A DNA stretch of 64,000 nucleotides from a virus (lineage: Duplodnaviria; Heunggongvirae; Uroviricota; Caudoviricetes): IMG/VR virus record IMGVR_UViG_3300022719_000283, positions 188,067 through 252,066 of that record; one strand, given 5' to 3'. The position numbers and the translations under genes were made by a program. A model generated the notes under the pieces. The model searched no databases. It was given only the letters and a program-made list of their open reading frames with translations, and was not told the origin of the DNA. Position 1 is the stretch's first letter. Each line of letters starts with the position of its first letter. Shown piece by piece: positions 1 through 9,404 of this stretch.

Positions 1-1778
1 CACGGATCCTGGACGTTGGAATTTACGTTGGCAGTAGGGCCCAGGTAGCGGTAGTTGACCGCCGTGATGGACCACGCCATGTTTTGGTAGTCAACGTTGT
101 CCTGGTCGTGATCGTTGGTCCACCCCGAGAAGTTGGCTGCTCCAACACCGAACCCAGCTTGGTTCAAAGTAGGGAGCCCGTACTCGGGGCCGTTGATCGT
201 CACGTTCGTCGGGATACGTTGGGTATCCCGGTTGAGCTGGTCCATGTCCGTGACATCAACCGTAAAATCCGAACCGAGGATGTAGTACTCGAGACCTGAC
301 AGGTGCTTCACAACCTGACCACCGCCCGTCTCCGCGATGGTCACGACACCGTTGATGGAAGGCGTCGTAGGATTGTCGTCGTAGAAAGCATCAGACTGGA
401 CGTAGGTGTAGGGACCGGTACCATCCGTCGCCGGGTCCGTATTGTGTGTGACCTCAATGTGGTACCGGCCGCCCTCGAGCGCGTTGTCGACGAAAACCCC
501 ATCTACATCGACATCCACAGACGCGTTTGCTGAGAATCTCGTGGAGTCCACCGCAAAAGCCGTGATCGTCACCGTGATCCGACCGCTCCCGGAGACGTGC
601 ACCGCATTACCCACAAGGGAAGGCGTGGTGTACGTGTCCAACACGGTGGTTCCGTCGGCGGAGTACATCGTCACCACCATGGTGGAGGTGCCTCCGAACC
701 CAGTAGTACTCCCCGGTGTTGTGTTGATGTTGGTGGCGTCGATACTGGCGTCTTCGTTCGTGCCGGCCCAACCGTCGGTGAAGAAAGGGATGCCTTCGCC
801 TCCAGCCGGAGTTGAAATGCGGGCGGTAGTTCTTGAGATGCTTTCCGTGACGAACTGAGCCCCATTGGAACCATCCGCTGTGTTCCAGTGCGACAAGAAT
901 GACGGGGGTGGGATGTAGATATTGGCGACACCCGGGACCCCGTTGTCCGCCAGCACTCCGGTGCCGATGAAGTTCAAGGTGGAGAAAGGGTTCCCCGTCA
1001 GGAGGACGCCTTCGTCCTGAACCAGAATGGTGCTTCCACCACCGCCTCCAGTACCTGCGGTCGGAAGGAGCATCCCGGCCACGTACCCGAACACATCGGA
1101 CCCAAGACCACCCACATCCCCAGTCGCATTGAACTGTGACGTGACGCGTCCCTCAGACAGGCACAAGCTCACTCCGGGTGGGTGGGTGATCGCAGCGATG
1201 TCGGGACCGGGAGAAGGGACTTCGACGAGGTAACTTCCAACCGCTGCTCCGGCCAACCCCGTGCCTGGAACGATCGTCGAGATGACGTAATCTCCGTTGA
1301 GGTTCACAAAGGCCGGATCGGTCAGCCCCGTAATCGTCAAGGGCTCGCCAGCAAGGAACCCCACGGACGTCAGATCAACAGGAGGCCCCGCATTTGGAAG
1401 CACCACGTCGGGGATGACCATTCGCAGGACCCCACCAACACGCTCAATATTCAGGACTGCTGGCAGCAGGTCCTGACCCGTTCCAGCCGGTCCTCCGCAA
1501 TTGGATTTGTCACGAAGCTGGAGAATGATCTCGGACGTGATCAGTCCTTGCTTCGTAAACGTACAAATGTCGCCTTCGTGCCACGAGATGAAGGTTCTCG
1601 TGGACATCGGGATATCCACGAAACCATTGGGAGGCACCGGTACCGCTCGCGTACGGTTTTTCTGAATCGTGATCTCGTCGAGATCGTAGAGAGTCACCGA
1701 CGCCGTGTTCGGGCGCCCGTCTGCGTACACCCCCGTGTGAGTGCACCGGACGATCAAGACGGCGACGATGTTGCTCAT
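1..1778 (-). CDS. Large Gly/Thr-rich structural protein (tail-fibre-like), C-terminus cut by window edge
   Basis: Uninterrupted minus-strand reading frame checked at 1-240, 600-660 and 1400-1778. ATG at 1778-1776 gives MSNIVAVLIVRCTH... and the frame runs off the left edge, so the ORF track missed it for lack of a stop. It ends ...NFSGWTNDHDQDNVDYQNMAWSITAVNYRYLGPTANV and has Gly runs (GTGGGGGS). The tail-fibre call is only an inference. Confidence 0.5.
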   Translation of the reverse strand, partial: MSNIVAVLIVRCTHTGVYADGRPNTASVTLYDLDEITIQKNRTRAVPVPPNGFVDIPMSTRTFISWHEGDICTFTKQGLITSEIILQLRDKSNCGGPAGTGQDLLPAVLNIERVGGVLRMVIPDVVLPNAGPPVDLTSVGFLAGEPLTITGLTDPAFVNLNGDYVISTIVPGTGLAGAAVGSYLVEVPSPGPDIAAITHPPGVSLCLSEGRVTSQFNATGDVGGLGSDVFGYVAGMLLPTAGTGGGGGSTILVQDEGVLLTGNPFSTLNFIGTGVLADNGVPGVANIYIPPPSFLSHWNTADGSNGAQFVTESISRTTARISTPAGGEGIPFFTDGWAGTNEDASIDATNINTTPGSTTGFGGTSTMVVTMYSADGTTVLDTYTTPSLVGNAVHVSGSGRITVTITAFAVDSTRFSANASVDVDVDGVFVDNALEGGRYHIEVTHNTDPATDGTGPYTYVQSDAFYDDNPTTPSINGVVTIAETGGGQVVKHLSGLEYYILGSDFTVDVTDMDQLNRDTQRIPTNVTINGPEYGLPTLNQAGFGVGAANFSGWTNDHDQDNVDYQNMAWSITAVNYRYLGPTANVNSNVQDP

Positions 1779-1878
1779 GACAGGTCCGAAGGCGGGATGC
1801 GCGAATCCCTACCTACCCCCTACTATTGAGCGAAAACCGATCTACGACCGAAGCGCGGTACAGGCGCAGTCCCTGAGC

Positions 1879-4308
1879 TCAGGCCAGAAACTCAGCCAAC
1901 CGTATTTTCACGTTCTCGGGATCGGCCTTGACCTCGGATTCCCAGATCACCAGGCATTCGAGCCCGACTTCGGCGTAGGCTTCGATGAGCTCGGACTCGT
2001 GCTCGAACGGCGCCTTTCCCGTGAACATCCGTGAGTGCCAGAAGTCGCCGAAGGCTTCGACAATTTTGGTCACGTTCTTCTTCGGTTTCTTCGGATCAGG
2101 CCCCGGCAAGATGAAGTCCGGGTTCTTATGGTGCCCAAGTTTCGGCAGCCACCTCCAGAATTTCCGATCCCCTGTGTACATGAGCCGGGACTCGAGCCTG
2201 GCCACGCGACGCTCGAGGCCGTTCGGACCGAACTTCGTGGACTCTCCCATCTGATGCAGGAAGTAGGACGCGTAATCGCGATCGCTCTGTGGGTGCGTGA
2301 CCCCGTAGCGCTCGACCAAATCGTCCTCCGATGAAGCCGGGGTCTCGTAATCCGGGAACGTCTTTCCCACCTTGGCGAGACAGGTGCGAATCGTCTTTTC
2401 ACGTACAGGGATAGCGACAAGCGTGTAGTCAACTCCGAACCGCTCAAGAACCGTCTCACGGATCTTCTCCCTGATGACAGGAGAAGCCCCTGCTTTCCGC
2501 GCCCCATACCGTTCCTCCAGCACGTCCCCGACATGCTCGGATTCGATGGCGGATTTTGAGCCATACCGGTCCAAACAAGTGGCCACGACCTTGGCCATGG
2601 TCTCGGGGCTTTGGAGCGGGCTGTTTACCCCGTAACGCTCTTGGCAGGTCTCCCGGCGCTTCTCCAGAAACTCCTCGAGCTGGAGCGGGTGGGGGACCCC
2701 GTACTTCTCGATGAATCTCTCAACCTGCTGCTCCCAGAAACCTTCGACCTGGGCGTAGTAGTCCACGCCGTACTTGGCCTGCATCCCCTCAACCACACGA
2801 CGCTTGCCCTCCTCGGAGGCGAAGAAATGTGAGCCATAGTTCGTCTCCATCGTCTCAAGTTGCCGGCGACGTACATCAGGGTCCATCGTGGTCCACGGCA
2901 CCCCATACCGCTCAAGATTCGTTTGCCGCTGCTTCTCCATCACTTCAGGGGAACACGAAGGGGCAGAGCCCCCGTAACGCTCCTCGTTAGTCGCCACGAT
3001 CTTCTCCCGGATTTCTGGAGCAGCGAGCACCTCCTCATGCCCATACCGCTCGAGGTTCGTCTCCATCGTCCGAGCTCGGATCTCTGGCACTTGCTGCGGG
3101 TTCTCGGCCCCATACCGCTCGGTCATCGTCTCCCTGATCTTCTCCTGCACCTCGGGCTGTGCGAACGGGTTGTCCTCTCCACGGAGTACAGGGCGTTTGC
3201 CCTCCAAAGATGCCTGGACCTCGTCGAACTTGCTGGACTCCTTGGAGAAGATACTCTCGGCGCCATACCGCTCAAGATTCGTGGCGCCCACCTTGGCGCG
3301 AATCTCCTCGGATTGCATCGGATTCTCCACTCCGTGGCGCTCCAGCATCGTCCGCACACGTCGAGCGCGGGCCACCGCATCCGCATCCCGCGTCTGCCAC
3401 ACCACACACACCTGCCGGTGCCTCTTCATCTGGGTCAACGAGGTGCTCTCATGCCCGCACAGACACGGCTCGGGATCTTCCGTGTCAGACCACCCCTCGC
3501 AGATCGCCTTATGGCGACTCGTGACCTTGGTGAACACCTCGTCACAATGAGGACAGATCTCGTAGTTGCCCGAAGCGATCAGATCTTCTCTCCGCGCCTT
3601 TTCGCGTTCTCCTCGAACACGCGCCAGCTCGGCATGCCAAATCGCGGATTGCAGGAACGAAACAGACCCGTGACGCTCCAACGTGGTCTGCTCGGTGCGT
3701 CGTCGAATCTCAGGAACCTGCTGCGGATTCTCGGCCCCGTGACGGTCAAGGTTTGTCGCGCGGATTTTCTCCTTGATCCCCTCGGACGCGAACACGTTGT
3801 CGACGCCGTACCTTTTGAGATTGGTCTTCTTTCGCCGCCGTTTCACCTCTTCAGCTTGGAGATGGTGATCAACACCGTACTTCTCCTGGGCAATTTGGCG
3901 CGTCTTCTCCTTGACTTCTTCGCTCTGACCGACGTTATCGACGCCGTACCGTTTCTGCGTCGTCTTCTTCCGTTTGGCGCCTGAAGAACGCGCGACCACC
4001 GGAACTCCAGGAAACCGGGTCTCGTACTCCTTGCGTTTCATCCCGTCGTGAACGCGCTTTAGATGGTCGCTCAGACGCTTCACACGGACCTCTGCGCCCT
4101 CGGAGGCGCAGAGAAGGCATCCGACGTAGTCCTCCCCCTCGACCTTCTCAGGGGCCCACAGACCGCGCTCGAAGTGCCTATCAAAGTTGAACTCCGACGG
4201 CGGCACTCCGATGACCTCGTCCCATTTCGAACAACTGTTCGTGTGCTTGGGAACGGCCTTGGGGGAGGAGAGGAGTTTCTGGCAAGCGGGACAGCGCAAC
4301 TCGGTCAC
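1879..4308 (-). CDS. Homing-endonuclease-like protein: N-terminal Cys/His zinc finger, about 16 tandem ~30-aa NUMOD3-like repeats, C-terminal Vsr/DUF559-like PD-(D/E)XK nuclease domain
   Basis: 809-aa ORF. N-terminus CPACQ...H..C. Repeated units of the type [SQ]EEI+AK+xATNLERYG[VA]ENPxQ occur about 16 times. C-terminus KIVEAFGDFWHSR resembles the Vsr FVDGCFWH motif. Confidence 0.6.
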   Translation of the reverse strand: MTELRCPACQKLLSSPKAVPKHTNSCSKWDEVIGVPPSEFNFDRHFERGLWAPEKVEGEDYVGCLLCASEGAEVRVKRLSDHLKRVHDGMKRKEYETRFPGVPVVARSSGAKRKKTTQKRYGVDNVGQSEEVKEKTRQIAQEKYGVDHHLQAEEVKRRRKKTNLKRYGVDNVFASEGIKEKIRATNLDRHGAENPQQVPEIRRRTEQTTLERHGSVSFLQSAIWHAELARVRGEREKARREDLIASGNYEICPHCDEVFTKVTSRHKAICEGWSDTEDPEPCLCGHESTSLTQMKRHRQVCVVWQTRDADAVARARRVRTMLERHGVENPMQSEEIRAKVGATNLERYGAESIFSKESSKFDEVQASLEGKRPVLRGEDNPFAQPEVQEKIRETMTERYGAENPQQVPEIRARTMETNLERYGHEEVLAAPEIREKIVATNEERYGGSAPSCSPEVMEKQRQTNLERYGVPWTTMDPDVRRRQLETMETNYGSHFFASEEGKRRVVEGMQAKYGVDYYAQVEGFWEQQVERFIEKYGVPHPLQLEEFLEKRRETCQERYGVNSPLQSPETMAKVVATCLDRYGSKSAIESEHVGDVLEERYGARKAGASPVIREKIRETVLERFGVDYTLVAIPVREKTIRTCLAKVGKTFPDYETPASSEDDLVERYGVTHPQSDRDYASYFLHQMGESTKFGPNGLERRVARLESRLMYTGDRKFWRWLPKLGHHKNPDFILPGPDPKKPKKNVTKIVEAFGDFWHSRMFTGKAPFEHESELIEAYAEVGLECLVIWESEVKADPENVKIRLAEFLA

Positions 4309-4372
4309 TTGTGATAGTGTACCCGAACGAAAAGATGAGGGAAGTCAAGGCGATATGAGAAACTTCACAAAC

Positions 4373-5281
4373 TCAAACGAACGACCTCGGGCTGAGCACA
4401 CCTCGACCCACGTTTGGGCCAAAACTTGAGCGAACCCCAAAGCCGAACTTGGGCTGCTTCAATCCACGGATAAACTTCACGGTCCGAGCTTTAGCTTCAG
4501 TGGCCTTATCCAACTGCCCTTCGGCATTCTGTTTCAGGCTCTCGTACTTGCTGGACTTCTCCAGGCTCAGGCTGATACCGCCAATGCTGTAGTCGAATTC
4601 GTCCGCCACCCAGTTGATACTCAACGCAAACAGGGCGTGGACTGCTGCACCCCACAAGATGAAAGTACGCCATACAGGCTTGCGGGCACACAGATCGTTG
4701 AGGGTGCGGATCCCCTCCGTCTCGGGAGGCATCGCATTGAACCAGTCCAGAGCCATCTCGAGGTAGCACAAGAGCTCATGGTCCTCCCAGATATAGCCGA
4801 AGACACGGTTGTACTTTTTGACAACGCCCTCCTGTTCTGGGGGACGAAAATGGTAGTTCCGATCGGGGTTGTGGTCTCGGAGCATGACCCGAAGCTTGCT
4901 GATCAGATCCTTCTCGCAGGTCGAAAAGAGGCGCTGCCCAAGTTCCGAGCTCGAAGGAGCGACCACCCCGAACTCCTGAACGACTTCTTGGGGGTCATCC
5001 ATCAACGTTTTGCGGAAGGTCCATCGGATCCGATAGTCCCCGGCTGAGGCGCCAGGAGGCACCATGATGGCCGCATAATACTCCCCAACGGCGGGGTTTA
5101 CTGGAATACGTTCAGGAGGCCCCACGAGGACCTCAACGCCAGGAGGGCCCATGCTCTGATCCACGAAGTACAGGGCATAGGAGATCTCGGCAGCATCACA
5201 GGGGACACCGAGCTCATCGACCAGAAAGATTTTCAGATCGTTGCGGCCCAGCTCCTGTCCCACAGTGAAACAGACAGCCAT
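4373..5281 (-). CDS. Hypothetical protein (302 aa)
   Basis: Long ORF, minus strand like its neighbours, protein-like composition, no recognisable motif. Confidence 0.5.
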   Translation of the reverse strand: MAVCFTVGQELGRNDLKIFLVDELGVPCDAAEISYALYFVDQSMGPPGVEVLVGPPERIPVNPAVGEYYAAIMVPPGASAGDYRIRWTFRKTLMDDPQEVVQEFGVVAPSSSELGQRLFSTCEKDLISKLRVMLRDHNPDRNYHFRPPEQEGVVKKYNRVFGYIWEDHELLCYLEMALDWFNAMPPETEGIRTLNDLCARKPVWRTFILWGAAVHALFALSINWVADEFDYSIGGISLSLEKSSKYESLKQNAEGQLDKATEAKARTVKFIRGLKQPKFGFGVRSSFGPNVGRGVLSPRSFV

Positions 5282-5284
5282 AGG

Positions 5285-5800
5285 CTACAACCTCAAATCG
5301 CCCACATCGAAGATGTCGGCCATGGAAATTGGCAGCTTCTCTTCATCCGACTTTCCGGAGAACTCAACTTCGACGTTGTCGCCGCCTTCGGTTTTTACGT
5401 TGATGTCCGATTCGACCTCGACCTTCACTTTCACCTCACCTGGGTCGGTGGGTTTACCTTCCTCGAGAACCTTCTGAGTCTTCTCGGCCCACTCGTCCAT
5501 GACGTGCATGAGATCGTCCAGAAATTGGTCGTCGGACTGGTCGATCGACTTGTACTGGATGAGTCGCGTATAGATCTCGCTCTTGGCCTTGAAGGCGGCC
5601 TCGATATCGTCCTTCGTTGACTTCGCGAGCTCTTCGATGTCTTTTGCGCTCGTTACAGAGTCATCGAGCTGTGGAAGCACTTCCTTTTCAATTGCCCTGC
5701 GCGCCATAGGGGATACGGCTTCCAACGCATGTTTCTCACGTTCAGAAGCGACATGTTGTTGGACCGAATCATCTCCCTGAATCAGTTGCTCAAGGCGCAT
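5285..5800 (-). CDS. Acidic hypothetical protein (171 aa)
   Basis: ORF abutting its neighbours; D/E-rich, helical-looking composition. Confidence 0.45.
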   Translation of the reverse strand: MRLEQLIQGDDSVQQHVASEREKHALEAVSPMARRAIEKEVLPQLDDSVTSAKDIEELAKSTKDDIEAAFKAKSEIYTRLIQYKSIDQSDDQFLDDLMHVMDEWAEKTQKVLEEGKPTDPGEVKVKVEVESDINVKTEGGDNVEVEFSGKSDEEKLPISMADIFDVGDLRL

Positions 5801-5806
5801 AGGCGG

Positions 5807-6061
5807 CTACCCCCTGTCTTCGTGAGTCAAAGCCTTCATGACCTTGATCTCATCTGCGTATGTCAGGGCGGCAACTTTGCTGGTGCGGTTATAGTACTGA
5901 TCTCGCAACTCACGCATATTGTTCGTGTCTCCCTCATCGAAGAGGAAGTAAACACGACCTCCGTCGCGATCTGTGCCCGTCAGCTTCACTCCTGCCACCT
6001 TGAGATACGCGGCGTAATACAGGTCTGAAGTCCTGTAACCGCTCTTCTTCTCTTCCGTCAT
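5807..6061 (-). CDS. DUF5659-like small phage protein
   Basis: YRTSDLYYAAYLKVAGVKL...GGRVYFLFDE...YYN...AL resembles the DUF5659 consensus (tsDlylAayL...g.rv.F.F...l..l...Y). Confidence 0.5.
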   Translation of the reverse strand: MTEEKKSGYRTSDLYYAAYLKVAGVKLTGTDRDGGRVYFLFDEGDTNNMRELRDQYYNRTSKVAALTYADEIKVMKALTHEDRG

Positions 6062-6107
6062 GTTTCATCTCCGTTCGTTGGGTTTGACCGTTCCCAAAGG
6101 GAAGGAA

Positions 6108-6135
6108 GGGCGCCGACTAGAATGAGCCGGCGCCC
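6108..6135 (-). terminator. Candidate intrinsic terminator after the 6144-6818 gene
   Basis: Perfect 8-bp inverted repeat gggcgccg...cggcgccc with a 12-nt loop. On the minus strand it is followed by UUCCUUCCCUUUGGG, 8 nt after the stop. Confidence 0.35.
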
Positions 6136-6143
6136 TTAATCGA

Positions 6144-6818
6144 CTACAGGATGGCGCCCGCGGCGTCGTACACCGTGACAGCAGCGCCCATCGTGTCGTC
6201 GTAGGTGAAGTTCGCCGACTTGAGCAGCGATACGTTGCCGTTCAGGTTCGAGACCAGGAACTGTCCGATATCATAGAGCTGCTTGTAGACACCCTCGACG
6301 AAGTCGCCGACGCGTCCCGCGAAAGCTCCGGCGCCATCCGACAGCTCGGAGCCATTCGGAATCAGGTAGCCTTGTCCTGCCATGACCGCCAGGAGCTCCG
6401 TGAGCACGCCAGTCGAGCCGCCGCCACTGAGGGTCGTACCCGCCACAACGCCTCCCAGGACGCCGTCTACGGCCGCTGTGTCGAGAACCGTACCAGCCTG
6501 GGCAATGGCGACGAGACCGGCCGCTGCCGTGTCGGCTTCGGCATCCGTGAAGGGAGCTCCGCCCGCACCTGCGCCCGTGTCGATGTTGCCGATCAGGTAG
6601 GCCGCAAGACCCGTGAGATCGGCGAGGGCGACCACTGGGGGACCAGCAGCCGTGAGCCCTGTGATCTCGGGTGCAGGGATGTTGTGGATGTATCCGGTCT
6701 GACCGAGTCCCGGCGGGTAGATGTAGTTCTTGCTCGAGGTGTTGGGCCACAGGTCGAGCACCTGAAGCACCCCGTCCGGGATGTCGGTGCGACGCATGAT
6801 GAGGTAAACTTCCGGCAT
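6144..6818 (-). CDS. Paralog 1 of a triplicated structural-like protein family (224 aa)
   Basis: N-terminus MPEVYLIMRRTDIPDGVLQVLDLWPNTSSKNYIYPPGLGQTGY and C-terminus ...VTVYDAAGAIL are shared with 6831-7859 and 7872-8537. The middle is Ala/Gly-rich. Confidence 0.7.
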   Translation of the reverse strand: MPEVYLIMRRTDIPDGVLQVLDLWPNTSSKNYIYPPGLGQTGYIHNIPAPEITGLTAAGPPVVALADLTGLAAYLIGNIDTGAGAGGAPFTDAEADTAAAGLVAIAQAGTVLDTAAVDGVLGGVVAGTTLSGGGSTGVLTELLAVMAGQGYLIPNGSELSDGAGAFAGRVGDFVEGVYKQLYDIGQFLVSNLNGNVSLLKSANFTYDDTMGAAVTVYDAAGAIL

Positions 6819-6830
6819 CGTTTTGTCTCC

Positions 6831-7859
6831 TTACGGGGTGAAGAAAGTCCCGTCATCGTTGTAAACGACGACCGCTTCGCCGTTCGGATCACCAGCCACG
6901 CCCTGGTAGACGAAGCTGCTATCAGTGAACTCGGCGAGCTCACCCACCACGAACGAGAGCGGAAGCCCGTCGTTCCGGAAAAGGGAGCGGTTGCCGCTGG
7001 GCGGGTTCACCGGAGGATCCACGATGAAGAAACCACCCGCATCCGCCACCTGCGTCCCCGCCGGCAACGTGAACTTCGCACCCGCCAGCATGTTGAGCAG
7101 CTCGGCATGCGAAGCAGCATCGAGCACCGCGCCCACCAGAAGACCGTTCACGGTCGCAATGTCCAGCGCGCCCGCTGCCGAGGTGAGGTCGCCAAAGGCA
7201 AACTGACCAAGCACCGCAAGCGCACTTGCGTTGGCGTCGGCAGCCGAGATGGCCATCGCATCCACACCACCAGCCATCGCGGCGGAAACCGAAAGGTTGG
7301 CACCAACGGCCGCGAGAGCGATGCTGTTGGCAGCGGTACCCGCAGTCACTGCCGTGAGGTCCACGTCGGAAGGAGGACCGCCACCCGGCGCTGCGGCACT
7401 GACATACGCGGACACCCCATTGAGTGGGTTGTTAATCGCCGCAGCCAGGTTGGTCGCAGAGTCATCCTCTGTACCTCCAACGGCCACGTCTGTGCTGGCC
7501 GATGGGGCAGCCCGGAAGGTGAAGGTGACCGAAGGGCCTCCCACTGGAGAGGTATCGACCGTGACCGTATCCCCGTCCGCAGCATTGCCGGCTGCGATCT
7601 CGAAGGACCCTGTCGCAGCGACAGCCGTGCCGTCATTGGTGCGCGCCAGGAACCAGGCCGAGAGCCCGGAATATGTCCGGAAAGACGTCACCGGGCCCGC
7701 ACCAAGTGTCACGACGGTCTCGTTGTCTACCGCATTGACGTACTTGGTCTGGCCTGGAGCATCGAGAGTGTAGTTCCGCTGAGACGTATTCGGCTCCATG
7801 TCGAGAACTTGGAGCGTCCCATCGGGGATATCATTCCGCTTCATGATGATGTACGGCAT
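6831..7859 (-). CDS. Paralog 2 of the triplicated family (342 aa, longer Ala-rich middle)
   Basis: MPYIIMKRNDIPDGTLQVLDMEPNTSQRNYTLDAPGQTKYV ... ELLNMLAGAKFTLPAGTQV ... VVVYNDDGTFFTP. Confidence 0.7.
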   Translation of the reverse strand: MPYIIMKRNDIPDGTLQVLDMEPNTSQRNYTLDAPGQTKYVNAVDNETVVTLGAGPVTSFRTYSGLSAWFLARTNDGTAVAATGSFEIAAGNAADGDTVTVDTSPVGGPSVTFTFRAAPSASTDVAVGGTEDDSATNLAAAINNPLNGVSAYVSAAAPGGGPPSDVDLTAVTAGTAANSIALAAVGANLSVSAAMAGGVDAMAISAADANASALAVLGQFAFGDLTSAAGALDIATVNGLLVGAVLDAASHAELLNMLAGAKFTLPAGTQVADAGGFFIVDPPVNPPSGNRSLFRNDGLPLSFVVGELAEFTDSSFVYQGVAGDPNGEAVVVYNDDGTFFTP

Positions 7860-7871
7860 TTTCTTTTCTCC

Positions 7872-8537
7872 CTAGAGGACGGTCCCGTCGTCGGCAAGAA
7901 CGAGGACGGCCGGACCGAACACGCCGTTGTATTCAAAGTCGGCACGCTTGTAGTTGAAAAGGTCCCCCGCGCCATTGCTGACGTTGAAGGCACCCGTGGC
8001 TTCGATGCGCTTCACCCCTGGAGTGGTGGCGAAAAATCCGAGACGAGTCGTATTGAACAAGTTTCCACCGTCCTCGACCTCGGATCCAGCGGGAAGCTGA
8101 TACTTGGCTCCCATGAGGATCTCAAGGAGCTCGGAGAGCATGCCGGTAGAGGCACCCGCTTCGAGACCTGTGCCAGCCGTCGCACCTGCGGCAACGAGAG
8201 CAGCGTCGACATCAGCCAAAGTCACCGCCAAACCAGCCACCGCTCGAGCGATGATCGTCGCTGCGGAACTGTTGGCCACGGCGGCTGTGATCGCTGTACC
8301 TGAAGAATCCTCGACGTTGTCGATCAGGTAACCAGCCAGGCCACACACATCACGCACAATCAGGATTGGCCCACCGCCCGTGGTGATGACGGTATCGCTG
8401 GCCGGGATTTCACGGACGTACCCGCTCTGACCCGGAGGATCGAGCGTGTAATTCCGCTGGGAATCGTTGGGCTTGAGATCGTCGACTTGCAGCACCCCAT
8501 TCGGGATGTCCGTGCGACGCATGATGATGTACGGCAT
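7872..8537 (-). CDS. Paralog 3 of the triplicated family (221 aa)
   Basis: MPYIIMRRTDIPNGVLQVDDLKPNDSQRNYTLDPPGQSGYV ... ELLEILMGAKYQLPAGSEV ... AVLVLADDGTVL. Confidence 0.7.
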   Translation of the reverse strand: MPYIIMRRTDIPNGVLQVDDLKPNDSQRNYTLDPPGQSGYVREIPASDTVITTGGGPILIVRDVCGLAGYLIDNVEDSSGTAITAAVANSSAATIIARAVAGLAVTLADVDAALVAAGATAGTGLEAGASTGMLSELLEILMGAKYQLPAGSEVEDGGNLFNTTRLGFFATTPGVKRIEATGAFNVSNGAGDLFNYKRADFEYNGVFGPAVLVLADDGTVL

Positions 8538-8615
8538 CGTAAAAATTCCTCCGGTCCCGAGTAGGGCTCTCTCTGTATTGGAGTGCCCTATAGAGGGATA
8601 ACCGATAGAGCGTTA

Positions 8616-9404
8616 TTAGCGCAGACCCGTCACGGTCGAAATGAGCAGGGAGAAGTTCGGGTTGCCGCCCGACGCGCAAAACACGAGGTCATCCTTCATC
8701 CCGCTTGCGTGGGTGATGCTCCTCTCAGGGTCAATCTGCATCAGAGGCTGATCCTCTGCGACCGAGAACAGGAGCGGAGTCGCAGCGTCGTGATTGGTGA
8801 TCACGATGGCGTCGGCAAACGCGGGAACACCAAACACAAGGGCTTCAGGAGGGGCCGGCAGTCCGGGGGCGGCCGTCGCCAAGTCGGGAGCCGTCCCATA
8901 CAAAGACAGGGCCGGCCGCGGAACGACTCGGAAGTCCGGGTCCCGTATGATGACGATCTTCGACTGATTGGTGTTGTCAGCAGTGCCAGGAAAAACACCA
9001 CCAGGGAATCCAGCAGGAACGCTACCGGCCGCCGCAGCCGTCGAGACCGTCGACACCTGCACACGCAGGAACCAGAGCTGGCTGTCGGGAGGGACTTCGG
9101 GACTCAGACCGAAATACTCGTTGGGATCAAATGTCGCTCGAGTCTGTCCTCGAGTGATATCTCCCGAAATTCCTGTTCCCTTCTGGCGAATCTCCTTGCT
9201 GATGAAAGAGCGGCCACGAAGAACATCGAAAAGAGCGGTCGTACCAGCCCCTCCAACGCCGTTATCGGCCCCGTAGGCGTTGTCGAGCGTATTCGCAACA
9301 CGAATCCGGTAACCGAGGATATCGGAGTCGTTGATGAATTGGAGTACAGCAAACTGCTTCTGCCGCTCCAAGAGGTTGGGAACTGGGATGCCGCTGGTGG
9401 TCAT
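8616..9404 (-). CDS. Hypothetical structural-candidate protein (262 aa)
   Basis: ORF in the same operon-like run as the paralog triplet; Gly/Ala/Thr-rich; no named motif. Confidence 0.5.
   Translation of the reverse strand: MTTSGIPVPNLLERQKQFAVLQFINDSDILGYRIRVANTLDNAYGADNGVGGAGTTALFDVLRGRSFISKEIRQKGTGISGDITRGQTRATFDPNEYFGLSPEVPPDSQLWFLRVQVSTVSTAAAAGSVPAGFPGGVFPGTADNTNQSKIVIIRDPDFRVVPRPALSLYGTAPDLATAAPGLPAPPEALVFGVPAFADAIVITNHDAATPLLFSVAEDQPLMQIDPERSITHASGMKDDLVFCASGGNPNFSLLISTVTGLR

Noticed and set aside
1182-1829. 215-aa plus-strand ORF at the left end
   Set aside because: It overlaps the long uninterrupted minus-strand frame of the fibre-like gene at 1-1778 and has R/D/S-rich low-complexity translation.
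2860-3984. 374-aa plus-strand ORF
   Set aside because: Antisense to the NUMOD3-repeat nuclease gene, whose repeats and Vsr motif support the minus strand.
6372-8303. 643-aa plus-strand ORF overlapping all three paralog genes
   Set aside because: It lies antisense to three well-supported minus-strand genes. Its translation is R/G/H-rich and low-complexity with no motifs. Long antisense ORFs like this are expected at roughly 60% GC.
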